NCBI GenBank assembly: GCA_023231475.1
Contig: JALJEE010002620.1
Coordinates: 1 to 64,000, forward strand
Source of the DNA: Seison nebaliae
Taxonomy: Eukaryota
DNA: 64,000 bases
Direction: 5' to 3'
Shown piece by piece: positions 10,351-23,755 of the stretch. Made by a program: the position numbers and the translations under genes. Position 1 is the first letter of the stretch; each line of letters opens with the position of its first letter. Below the pieces are notes generated by a model. It did not search any database. It saw only the letters and a program-made list of their open reading frames with translations, and was not told where the DNA came from.

Positions 10351-13300
10351 ATGAAAGCGAAACGATTCCATGATAAGGATAGCTTTATAACGAAACGAAT
10401 TCAAATCTTCGAAAATGCTTCCAAATCTCAAGAATCATATTCAAATCTAAATAATAAATCCGTTGACGACAACGACGATATCGATCTATTTAGTCAACAA
10501 TTCAATAGTAAAATTTCAATTACATCCGACATTTTTTTCGAACCGAGTGTAATCGATAATTCTTATACGATGTCAAATCATCAACGATCACAACTTAATA
10601 ATTCGTCATCAGCGAGAAATAAATATTGTAACGAATCCATTCTCCAATCCTCCAAATTTAAAGATAATTTATGTACTTCAAATGAGTTTGCGAACGATCT
10701 GGTGAAATTGAAGTTCTTTTTCTACTTTTAACTTATTAATGATAATTAAACAATTTTCAAGTACATTGACAGAAGAATCTCTTCTCTGGTTATTGAAACA
10801 AAGATACGAAAATAAACTATTTTATGTTTTAATTTTTTATTTAATATATTTTTATTTCATTCCGATTTTAAAGACTTTCGCTGGTGAAATTTTGATTGCA
10901 ATCAATCCTTATTTTCCTATCGACATTTATAACAATACGATAATGCAAATGTATCAATCTCCACTCAATCGTTGTCTGCCACCGTTACTTTCTTGTCTTT
11001 CTGAAGATTTAATTTCATTAAATTTTCAATTATTTAAATTTATATTAGACATTTATTTTCCATTGGAAATAATGCTTATCGAAGATTGATGGAAAATTTC
11101 CATAATCAATGTATAGTCATTAGCGGAGAGAGTGGTTCGGGTAAAACGGAAAACTCGAAAATTCTCGTTCAATATTTATCAACGGTTGATTCTTAAATTA
11201 AATATCTAAATTTTAAATTTTATCAAATTTAAATCTTTTTCAAAAGTTAAATGAGAATAAAGATGGAAATCTTATTAAGCAGAAGATAATCGAAGCGAAT
11301 CCATTATTGGAATCATTCGGTAATGCGAAGACTCTTCACAACGACAATTCGAGTCGTTTCGGCAAATACTTGAAATTATATTTCTCTGAAAATGGAACAG
11401 TGAATGGAGCGAAGATTAATGAATATCTGTTAGAGAAATCTCGAATAGTGAAACAAGCGGATGGTGAGAGAAATTATCATATTTTCTACGAGATGTTAAG
11501 TGGAATTTCGTTAGAGAAGAAAGCAAAATATGGATTAAAATCTACTGGAAATTATAAATATCTTAATCAAGTTTTCAATTTTTTAATATTTTCACTCTAT
11601 CAAATTTTCTCTCTGTCTGGAAAAGGATTCAACATATTTTATTAAAAGTAAAAATGACAAATTGGATTTCTTAGCGACTTGTAACGCTCTCGATATTTTG
11701 GGTTTCACTTATTCGGAGAAGGAAGCCGTATATCAAGTTCTAGCAGCAATTCTCCATTTAGGCAATATAGAATTCCTTCAAAAAATTCACGAAGTTGACA
11801 ATCTCCTCCATTTTCCAATTCCATTAAATTTTCTTTTTTTTATAGTCTGAGAAAATTGTTACGGTTGATGGAGATAATAATTTGCAATGGGTTTCACTTC
11901 TGTTGGGAATTTCTTCTCACGAATTAATTCACCGATTGACACATAAGCAAATGGAGGCGCGTGATGAACGATTACAAACTCCTTTATCATTAGAACGAGC
12001 ACAAGATGTGAGGTTAGATAATGTATTTGAAATTGAATTATTTTATTGAACTTTCTTGTTAGAGATGCAGTTGCGAAAATATTATATTCCCGATTATTCT
12101 CGTGGTTAGTGAATCGAGTGAATCAAACACTTCATCCCAATAAATCATGGAATAAGAATGAGAATAATTTCTCTAATAAAAATAATAATAATTTGAAAAA
12201 TAAGTTGTCATGTCATCATAAGAATGTGTTGGTGAAAGCGCAACAATTGTTAAAAAAGACTAATCATCAGAATATGACGGGAATCAAAAAATCAATTTCG
12301 GTTCCCATCGACGATTTGAGAGAGATTCATGGGAAGAAATTACAGGAAGAAAGAATTATCGCTCTGTTAGACATTTTCGGATTTGAGAATTTCAAGAGAA
12401 ATAGTTTCGAACAATTGTGCATTAATTTTGCAAATGAATCATTCCAATCATTTTTCATCAAACACATCTTCGAACAAGAACAAAAGGATTATATGAGAGA
12501 GATGATTCAATGGAATGAGAATCGTGTCTCTTATACAGACAATACGGGATGTCTCGAATTGTTGATAGGGAAACCATGTGGAATTTTTCATATTTTAGAT
12601 GACGAAAGTAATTTCCCTCAATCGACCGATTATTCGTATTTGGACAAATGTCATTATACGCACGAAAGAAATGATTATTATATGAAACCGAGATTGATGA
12701 TAAATGAATTTGGAATTCGTCATTATGCCGGAGAAGTCTGGTATAATGTTGATGGAATGTTGGACAAGAATCGAGACACATTACAAACGGAAATTGTTGA
12801 TCTGTTGGCAGGAAGTGATAATGAAATGTTATCAAGAATGTTTAATGGTAATCGATTTATGAATTTCGAAAATCAAACAATAACTACGAAAGATTTAAAT
12901 TCATCCCGATATCGTCCACAGAAGACTCATCAGTCCAATAAATTCCATCATACCTCACGATTTCGTACGCCAACGGTAGCAGCTAAATTCTTCGAATCAT
13001 TATCCTTATTAATAAGCGAAGTGAGAAAGTTTATTTTAAATTTTATTTATTTAAATTATTTAAATTTTATTTTTTAGATGTCATCCACATTTTATTAGAT
13101 GTCTCAAACCGAATCAAGATAAATTACCCCATGTCTTCGAATCGAGAGTAATGTTACAACAATTGAAATATACGGGTATGTTGGATACGGTTCGAATACG
13201 TCAAATCGGATATCCCATCAGATATAAATATTCTCAATTTATTCAAAAATTTAATATGTTCCTACAAAATCCATTTCTGATGGACGGAATTTTAGAGATA

Positions 13301-16300
13301 AGAGATCATAAAAATCAAATTACAAATCAGATGCACAAATCATTGACACATCGAATTTGTGCACAATTACATCGAATTAATGATGATAATTCGAGATTGA
13401 ATTCATTATCCATTTCTCCTCTCAATATGACGGAATGGAATTTCGATAAAGAAGAAATTAATACGTTGCAGAAACAGAGGGAAATTTGTCAGAAAATCAT
13501 TTTCACTTCTCTCAAGAAATGTTACAAGAATAATAATCAGTTCAATATAAAAAATTATGAATATCGAAATGCTCAAGATATCATGTTCGATGGTTGCAAA
13601 CGGAATTATCAATTTGGTCGTCATCGAGTTAGTTTTCATATTTATTGTCTATTATTTCATTGAGTTGTTGTTGTAGATATTTCTACGTGAAGAATTAGAT
13701 AAACATTTACATATCATCAAGATCCGTTTGGAAATTGTAGCGGCGATTTCGATCCAAACCAAATTCCGCCAATATCGTCAACGGAAACATTATTTGTCGT
13801 TATTTGATAGTGTGCGAATATTGAAAGATTTCATAAGAACTTTCAAAATTTTAAAATATACCAACAATTTCATTCGTCCAACGAAACAAATTGCAACATC
13901 GAACCAAATCGAAACGTCAATGAAAATAAATGAAAAACAATCAAATTTAAAATTTAAACAATCTTCTTCGCCGATTAATCAATTGGCGGCACATATGGCG
14001 GAACATGTCATCATTCCGTTAACTATTCAATTAATTGAAAAAGAAATTACTTCGTTCTATTCGTTGGTGTCGAATGGAAAGAATTCTGATTTACCTTCAT
14101 ATATTATTAATTTATGTTCCATCGAAGAATTCTATAATAAATATGGATATAATCATCTGATCGATTGGAGAAATCAATCGATGATTGACTTGTCAAAACC
14201 ATTTCTTTATCAATCATCAAAAGATAACATGAAAATCGCTTTACGATTATTTGAGTTAGTGAGGAAATTTTGTGAGTCTCGTCAAATGAATGAACCGATC
14301 GAATTGGCAACGATGATTTTAGAGAACGTTCAATCGATTAATGATGGAATATTGAACGACGAATTATTCCTCCAAATCTGTTACAATACATTGCCATGGA
14401 ATGTGAAAGATATGGTTCCAGAGTATAATAATGAATTTGAATGGAGATCACGATCATGGTTATTGATGAATATGGCCCTCACCGTTCTTTCTCCCACAAA
14501 TCATGAATTATTAAAAACGATTTTAAAGTTCCATTTATCTATTTTTCAAATATTTAAATTTTCAAATTTTATTGTTGTTTAATTAAACAGATTCTCCGCC
14601 ATGAATTTCCAGAAGAATGTCTGGTGTCGATCGAATATTCGGGAATGTCTGTACAAGATTTATGGAATTATTCTTGAAAGTTCAGGAAATTCAAGATTTG
14701 TGAATTGGAATGGGTCGATTTTAGATTTGACGAAAAATTACTTTTTGAAGAATCGTCAATATATTCCTACGACTATTGAACGATTCCAATTGAGATCGAC
14801 ACATTTATATCAACGAAATGGTTCCATTTCCAAATATCAGAATATTTCAACTTGTTTGTCGATCGGATTATTTAAAGGTTTAGATTCTAAACATTTGAAA
14901 AAAATTAAAATTTTCAATTTATTGTAAAGGTAAAGTGTGTTATGTTGAAACGAATGCATGGTTGACATGTAACGAAGTGATTCGTTCCATCATTTTAGCT
15001 TGGTGTGCCATGCCACCATATGGTATCATAAATGAAATTGAATCGTCTCCGATGACTTCGAAATCGACACAAGATATAAAAATGGGAGATAATTATGAGA
15101 AGATAACGAAACGAATGTTAAGTAAATTCGATTTCAAAAATCTCCTTTATACTGATGGATGGATTATTGAAATTACTAATTATAATTCAAATAATAATCA
15201 TTCTCCCAATAATGTGAATAATAATGAGATTTGTAAGAATTTTATGGAATATATCGACTATTGTGAATATATTAATGATTATATGTTCATATCGAAAACA
15301 TCCGATTCATTGATGACCATTGATAATTCTTTACAAATGTTCTTTTCTTTTAATACGAATAATAATAATGATAATGACATTCATTCACCTCCCAAACCAA
15401 ACAGTTTATTATCAAATTCAACCGATGATATCTCTCAATTTTTCAACGAAGAAAAATCATGTAATGCGGAAAGTTGTGAGAAGATAATTATTACGAAATA
15501 TGAACCGAATAATTCGATAACTGAAAAACGGATTATCGATCCTATAAAAAAAATTACATCGATGCATGAACCATATTCATTGAATGAACCAATATCTATT
15601 TTACAAGAATGTAATCAATCTTGTTCGACGTTCACGAAAGAAGATGATTCGTCTTCCATTTTATCGTCATCGTCATCGAATTTATCATGTTCACACGAAG
15701 ATTTAATTTATCCAAATTGTTCGATGAGTGAGAGAAAAAAAGAATATTTTTATCAGATCGACAACCAAATTGATGATGACGATCAAGATGTCGATGACGA
15801 TGAATCATTTGATGATAATTCTTCGAAAGAAATTGACGATGATGATTCGAATAATTTTATGAGTTTGATCAATTCGTTAGTGAAAGCGAAAAATGATATA
15901 ATTTCTTCAATGATCAAATTTCCGATTGATCTCAATAATAATATTATTCAAATAAATCCTGACGATGAATCATCAAATACAACTCAACCAATTTATCGAC
16001 GACGGAAAAATGATATAAAGAAATATCTGGAGAATATCGGTGGATTCTCTTATATTCCAGCTGATGAAAATTCTGATTGTGAATATGATACAATCACATC
16101 TGATACAACAACTCTATCTCATTCATTCAATATCAATGTCAATGCTAATAACAATAATAATAACAACAACAATAAAGTTCGATCAAAGAATATCAATTTC
16201 AAAAAAAATAAAAGTTTAGGGAAAGATAAAATGTGTGTTATATCGGTTCATGATAAAATTTCAATTCCATCTAATTATCGAAATTCGAAAAAATGTTTAG

Positions 16301-18609
16301 AAAAGAAAAAGAAATTGAAAAAATCTCAAATGAAAAAATCTTTAGATTCTGGTATCGAATCAATCATGGAAGATAATCAAGAAACAAATCAATTTATAAC
16401 AACATCGTCGAATGAGCAAGAGGCGAGAAATATTCTGGTGTTCTCTTCTACTTTAGACATCGATATGAAAGAAAATGAATTAATGAAAAATAAATTATTC
16501 TATCAACGTTATCTTCATCATCATCAGTTGGTTAATAACGACAATAAGAATTTTCGGTCAAATGAAGAAGAAAAGAAGAAATCGAAACGATTCAAATTGG
16601 AATCGACATCCGTCGACAATATGACACATTCAGAATTCAATCGACAACATCTTGTGAATAATTTACAATATTCGAAGTTGGACGACAAGTCGAAATCCAA
16701 TTTAATGTTAACGAAACAACAAATATCACCAAAAAGTTTAAAAAGTTTTTAAACTAAACTTTGACTAATAATGTTTTGTAGATCGAAATTCAAATTTGCA
16801 ATTGAACAAAAAGAAAATGTTGAAAAATAAAACCGTCGTGAATGGTGTTGTTTGGCCACCTCAACGAAGTAATTCGGAAAAGATTGAAGGAAATTTTTCT
16901 TCAAAGAATCAACAAATATCAACAGATTTTTCTTCTACTTTGTCCACATGTTCGTCGGTTGCATCCTCACTCCCAATGGCAACGAAGAAAGAAAGAATAT
17001 CGGAAAAATTTTGCGAAGAAACAGACAATTCGTCAACTTGTTCAGAGATGTCGATGAATATAGGAAGAAATCGAACTAATACTATGGAACAGTTTACCAT
17101 CACGAATAACGAAACGACAACGGATGTTTCACATGAATTGAAGGAAACGAATAAACAGAAATCATCAAAAAATAAATTGTATTTGAAATATACGGACAGA
17201 CCACATTCAATGACGATAAGAAAACAGGTTTTTTTTTCTTTATTCCTACAATTTATTTTGAATTTATTCTAAAATTTTTCAGTATTTATATCCTCAAGAA
17301 TATTGTACTCTACAAAATTATTTTGATAGTTATTTTACGATTTACACGAAATATACAGATTTGGTAACGACGATGAAAATGAAAAAATCATTAAAAAATT
17401 CGAATAATTCTACAATAAAAAATCATTTGCTTAATAATAATGTGGAGAATTTTTCATTGGAGAAAGAATTGAAATCATTAGAAATATTATTAGCTTGGTT
17501 CAATTCGTTGGATGATAATCCATTTCTGAATTATGTTGAATTGATTTTCCATCAACTCTATTACGACGTCCAACAACATCTACAAGGAAAACAACAGAAT
17601 AGATTGAACATTATTATGCCAAGAGAATTGGCGACCATTTCTTGGATTGCAGGTTTTAAATAATTGTTTATTTCATGGTACAATTGAAATTTTTAGAAAG
17701 AAATAAGAATATTAATAATATTGACTTTAATACGAAAATCGTTCTAATTAATAAATCTACCAAATGGTTATTTTATCTACGATATATTTTCATTGGAGAA
17801 GTTATTCTTTTGATAATTTATCTATTCTCCTTTATCTGAAATTGTTAAGGTCAGTTATGTCAAATTTAAATCGGACAATGACAAAATTTATTATTATTTA
17901 ACAATAAATCATGAGGAAATTCAAATTTTATTAATCAAACAAAATAAGATGTTTGAATGTATCGATTGCATCCCGTTATTTTTTGATTCAATCCAATTCT
18001 TCATAAACTCTTTCGTTCATAGATGGATGGATGTTAAACATGTTCAATATTCTGCAAAATCGAAATGCATCGAAATTATTCTAAAAAGAAAATCGAATAA
18101 TATAATTTACGTGAAAGATTTAGAGAATCAATCAAACAAAAAAGTTCAACCGATTTTATTATTATTTTTTTATTTTAAAATAATTTCAGAATATTCTCAT
18201 TACAAATATCGCTCTCCAGAACTTCTATCGAAAGCAATTCGTCAATCATCAACATAATAATCATAATTTGTTCTTCAATAATAACAACAACAATAATGAG
18301 GATGAAGAAGATGATGATAATTATGAATTAATTTCATCTTATAGTGAATTATCCGAATGTAACATGACACATATCGACCACGAAATTGATCAGTTATTTG
18401 ATTATTCCAATTCGAATTACAACAACAATAATAACAATAGTAACTTGAAAGCATCTTCTCAAACGACATATGCGAATGAGAAAAATAACTTCGTGTTCGA
18501 TATCAAACATATTCAATTTAACATCGAACGATTCTTCCATCGAATCGAGTCGTTATGGAATGATCATAAACTGATGTTAAATACAACATTACAACGAACA
18601 AAACTTTAA
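10351..18609 (+). CDS. Unconventional myosin, class XV-like (Myo15/Myo10A-type motor, IQ, MyTH4-like region), ~18 exons
   Basis: Introns 10713-10761, 10826-10873, 10984-11048, 11185-11246, 11571-11625, 11794-11845, 12013-12062, 13029-13077, 13628-13676, 14528-14590, 14878-14929, 16736(or 16745)-16781, 17228-17282, 17653-17696, 17801-17849, 17975-18022 and 18144-18189 give one frame. Motifs: [32 protein letters not shown], class-XV-like [17 protein letters not shown] and [10 protein letters not shown] motif [12 protein letters not shown], MyTH4-like [15 protein letters not shown]. The tail exons are less certain. Confidence 0.85.
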
Positions 18610-18809
18610 AATTTCTTTTTATTTTCCATTTTATATCGAATAATTCTCTATATTCTGTTGTACAATAAATGTTGTTATGTAAATTGGTTTTTTTTGAGCA
18701 TTATCAAAATTTGAAAGTGCGCCAAATTCTTAAAATTAAAAGAGAATTTTTTATTCTAAAATTTGAATTAATAATTATTTTTTAATATTAAGCTTATATC
18801 AATTCAATC

Positions 18810-19484
18810 ATGAAACTCATAAATGGAAGATTATTATATAATTTAGTAAGAAGAAATGGAGACTGTTCTCGAATGCTCAAATATTTCTCCACCAAACCCC
18901 AATTGAAAGACAAAGAGGAAGTAAAAATAAATGAAAAAAAATTAGAAGAATTGAATTTGAATAAATACAAAGTCAAATTGGAGAAAGATGAAACGTTGAA
19001 AAAAGGTGAACATGTAATTTATGAATCGTCATTAATACGGATGGTGAAAGGTGTGAAATATTTCTCTTTAGGCTCCAGTCTTATCACATTAGCATGTCAG
19101 CCATATCTCCTGCCCAATATTTTATCAATGAACAATAATCTCTTTATTCAATGTTTCTATGGAAGTGTATCGACCTTCTTCATTTTCATCACTCCAACTC
19201 TCCTACATATGTTTTGTCGGAGGAATTTAATTCGATTAAAATACAACTACTCCAATCGACAATTCGAAATGACGACATTGTCCCTCATCGGCCGAGAAAA
19301 ACACGAAAAGTTTTCGTATGAAGATGTCAACGTTCCCGCCATATCAGGACCATTCACTTTATTCAAAGTGAGAGATCGTCCAATATTAGCGGAAGCGTCG
19401 GAATTTACGGATCCTTACATTTTTTGTAGAATGATGAAATTGGATGAACCGATCGACTACACAAAATATGACAAAACTGATTAA
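18810..19484 (+). CDS. TMEM70: Mitochondrial ATP synthase assembly factor TMEM70
   Basis: Basic presequence-like N-terminus, VIY..L...VKGVKYFSL.SS, two hydrophobic segments, TP.LLH, and C-terminal DVNVP...GPFT..F.D...F..MM..DEP.D typical of the family. AATAAA at 19505. Confidence 0.85.
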   Translation: MKLINGRLLYNLVRRNGDCSRMLKYFSTKPQLKDKEEVKINEKKLEELNLNKYKVKLEKDETLKKGEHVIYESSLIRMVKGVKYFSLGSSLITLACQPYLLPNILSMNNNLFIQCFYGSVSTFFIFITPTLLHMFCRRNLIRLKYNYSNRQFEMTTLSLIGREKHEKFSYEDVNVPAISGPFTLFKVRDRPILAEASEFTDPYIFCRMMKLDEPIDYTKYDKTD

Positions 19485-20517
19485 TTATTTTAAGAATTTT
19501 ATTGAATAAAATTTATTTGTATGAAAATTCAATTTGCGCATAATTTATTCAATCGCCAAAGAAAAGAGACGATGTTAATGATTATTAATCAATTCAATTC
19601 ATCTGCTCAATAATGTCACGTAAACTCATACATATTTAGCCTACAAAAATTTTTCTTGTTTTGTTGGTGGTGTGTAGGTGGTGAAAAGAAGATGAATTGA
19701 AGAGAAAAGCTTACTTTTTAAATAAGTAATTGTAATAAATGAAAATTTCCAAGGTCAATCAACACATGAGCATTCTCCAAGAACTTTTCTTTTGAAGAAA
19801 TACAAAGACGATTATATAACTTCTTTTGTTTATTGCAATTCTCTTTTATGTCATAGAAATCTGTGTTATGTGGAATAATTGTGAAGTTTTTAAATTATCT
19901 TATTTACTTATTCTACTCCTACATGTTTTGGTATGTGTTACTAATTTCTTAGTCTTTTACAGACATTTCATTTCGCTTAACTGATTGTTCTATCATGTAT
20001 ACAACATGTCTATTGCATAATTGACGTATATTCCAATTCAATCCATTTCTTAATTAACCGATAATATTTAGATAATATATTAAACATGTATAACATAAAA
20101 TTGCAATTTTAAACTGCATTACACTTTTTTTTTGCAAATTATAATAACAATTTCCAACTGATCTATAAATAAGAAGGAAATAAAAATGTATTTATAAGAA
20201 AATTTCATTTTTACTTTTCTTATAATATCATGTGAAAATGATGACGTAGAATGATAAGGGGTAAAACATTGTTTTCCAGAAATTATTAGAAGTTAATGGA
20301 AGAAGAAACGATGGAGATTTTCAGTGAGTGGAAAGTCGATGGAAGAATATAATGAAAGTGATTGATCGATTGCTCAATTAATAAGATACATTTAGAGAAG
20401 AATAATTTACTTTATCTTCTATTTTAAATTGAGAAGAATAATGAGAATGATTGATTCTGAAAAAAACACAGATTTTCTTTAAAAAAAATTATCTTTCTTT
20501 TTATCCATGGAATCAGT

Positions 20518-23195
20518 ATGAGAATGATTGAAGATAGTGTGCAACGATTGCAGACTTTGGAGAAGAAAGCATTTCCCACGAAATCTCCCGAAATAACTGA
20601 CGATTCGACAGCTAGTTGGCAGAAATATTTGAATGATAAAATCGAATTGACAGATACCGTTCGAAAATCATTGGAAACGATTACGAAAGAGAAACGAATT
20701 CGAACAATCGCCATTCATGATTTCAAGGCGAGAGATGGAGATGAATTATCATTTAAAATTGGTGATGAGATCGAAGTTGATTTCTCGTCGAAACATTATG
20801 GTTTGGGATTTTGGTATGGAAGATTGATATCTGATAAGAATGTCAAAGGATATTTCCCACATCAACATGTGAAATTGCCGATTTTAGAATCGTTGGAAAA
20901 TGATGGGAAATTCCGAAAGAATATTCCTCGTCAAAAATCGTCATATGAAAAACGAAAATTTTCACGTCGTTCACGTGAACAGAAACGAGCACAGACATCC
21001 ACTTTACAAATACCGATTACCCCAGAAAAAACGATCACTGTTGATGAGAAGAGTGAAGTGAAGGAATTAATTCCGATATTAGAAGAAACTCAATTAAGTC
21101 CAATTGATGATACAGTTCAATTGAGACGATTACCAAAATCTCAGAAAAAGAAGAGATTAGATAAAACGACGAGTATTTTATTAGCAGATGAAGTTGAAGA
21201 ATTTCCAAGAGATCAATTCAATTTAGATTGGAAAGATGGATTTTGTGGTGCCGGTGCTTATGGTTCTGTCTATTCAGCTAAATGGAATTATTTGGAAGAT
21301 AATCGAAAAAATTCGATTAAAGTCGCTGTGAAAATTCCAAATCAATCATTCACTAAAAATGATAATAAAGATGAAGTGGTGAAAGAAGCAAGTTATTGTC
21401 GATCACATAATGAATTGTCACATAAGAATATTGTTAAAATTTTCGGAATAGTCGAAATTGTGGAACGTCATAATTATGGAATAATTATGGAACTTTGTGC
21501 TGGTGGTACAGTATTCGATGCGATTCATACTCTACATAATTTATCGTCATCTGTCATTATTAATTGGGCATTACAAGTGGCGTCTGGTTTGAAATATTTA
21601 CATCATCATTGTCGTCCAGCCATCATTCATCGAGATATGAAGAGTCCGAATATTTTGATTTATGAACAAATGGATAATATTCGACAATTGGATGATAATG
21701 AATTGAAGAGATGTATATTGAAATTATCAGATTTCGGTGTAGCGAAAGAAATCGATTTCGATATCTGTTCGAGAGAAATCGTTTCGAAAATTGTTGGAAC
21801 AAATAGTTGGACAGCGCCTGAAACTTTCCGAGAACAATGTTATACGAAATATACAGATGTTTGGGCATTTGGTGTTTATGCTTGGGAATTGTTGACATGT
21901 GAAATTCCTTATAAAGATTTAATCGCTTGTCAAATCACTTATGGAGTGGCAGTGGGAAAAATTCAATTGATAATTCCATCAGATTGTCCTGATGATTATC
22001 GAACATTATTAGAGAATTGTTGGCATTATACGCCGAAAATGAGATGGGATTTTACAAGGATTTATGAAGAATTATTGAAAATGTCATCTGTTTCCTCGAG
22101 TGAAACATTTAAAATTAAAGATGAAAATTTCAATGGGGAAATTGAAGAGGAATTCGAACCACAACTCGATAGTGGTTATAATGATAATTATTTAGATAAT
22201 AAAGAAGAGAATATGAGAATATTATCGAGAGGACCAACGGCAATTATGATGGATTCCGATTCAGATGATATGTTAGCAGAAGAACATTTATTGAGTATTA
22301 GTAAACAAGATTTGAAAGCGAAACGGAAAAAATGGAAAGAAGAGAGTAGTGCACAATTGAGGAATGAAATGGAAATTTTAGAATGTGAAATTAATCAACA
22401 ACGTGAAATGAATATAAGAAATCGAATGAATATGGATACGACCGATACGTTATTGAGAGAGAAATTGTTGAAGAAAGAGAAAGAATATTTCTTTCGAGAA
22501 GTTCAACTTTATATGTTACAACAAGAACAGAAACCATGTCACAAAAATCAGCCAAAAGAATTTTTGAAAAATCTTTTAGGAAGAGTTCGATCAAAACGGA
22601 CACATCGATCAAAAGATTATCGTAATACATCCATTCAACGCGATATCTCTTCACCGACAAATTTCGAACATGTGAAAAATGTACGTCCATCAGATAGTAA
22701 GAGTGTAATGGAATTATCTCAATTAATTCCCGAACATAAACGTGAAGGTGAATCTCGTACTGCGTCGCGAATGCGAGCCGATTTGCCCAAATTGAGAACG
22801 AATTCGAAAAATCGATTAAATTCTCAAAGTTTTAAATTTTTTTTCAAATTCTTATTTTTCTCTTTTGTTAAGGTACTGATGTTTCAGATATTTCTCCCGT
22901 CAAATCCATTGGTGATAATACTCATGTTTTATTGAATTCTTTATTGGTGCCATCACCATCAATACAATCGTCCATTGGTACTAGTGATGATTCAAGAGAA
23001 TCATATGAAACTGCGTCCAATCTCTCTCAGTCAAAGAGTCCTCACACTAAACATCATCATCAAAATAATTGGAGAGTGGAGAACATAATCGATTCGATGA
23101 AAGATAACGACGTCTACAAACGGAAAGGTCAAATCGATTTCACTAAAAATTATATTGATATTCCAAATCAATTAAATTTGAATCAGAAGAAATGA
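20518..23195 (+). CDS. Mixed-lineage kinase (MAP3K9/10/11, slipper-like), 2 exons
   Basis: SH3 domain (AIHDFKARDGDELSFKIGD..GFWYG..GYFP), kinase motifs GAGAYGSV, VAVK, HRDMKSPN, DFG and WTAPE, a coiled-coil/zipper region, and CRIB motif ISSPTNFEH. One intron at 22829-22872. Confidence 0.9.
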
Positions 23196-23755
23196 ATTTC
23201 AATTAATTAGATATTTCAATTACTTGGACTCAATGTCAATAATATGATTTTCATTTAAATCGTCATGCAAAATAATTATAGTTCCAATAACTACATAATT
23301 CATTCTGTTAATTATCATATATGGGAATGTGGATATCAGCAAAAAAAAAAGATTTATTATAAATTTTCATTCACTATTCATCACGATCCTCTTCATCGAA
23401 ACAACAGATCGATAGATAGATACATCTATTTCTTCTCGTTTTTATCTGATTCATATTTTTTTCTATTTGAAATTATTTTTTAATAAACTAAAGTATACAA
23501 AAGACAATTGAATGTTTGTTGTGATTGGTTTGACTGGAAATTGCATTTAAATTGTTGAACCGTTTAAAATGACCCGTTTACTCATAATAATTACGTCTTT
23601 CAGGAGAATTATTTCATTTAACACATCTATATCATATTGACAGTTGTTTTAATATCATTCTTTAATATCATTCAATTTGAAAGGTGAATATAGAAATTTT
23701 TTTGAAATTTTATAGAAAGTCTTCTCGAAAATTTTCTCCAACATCCAACATAGAA

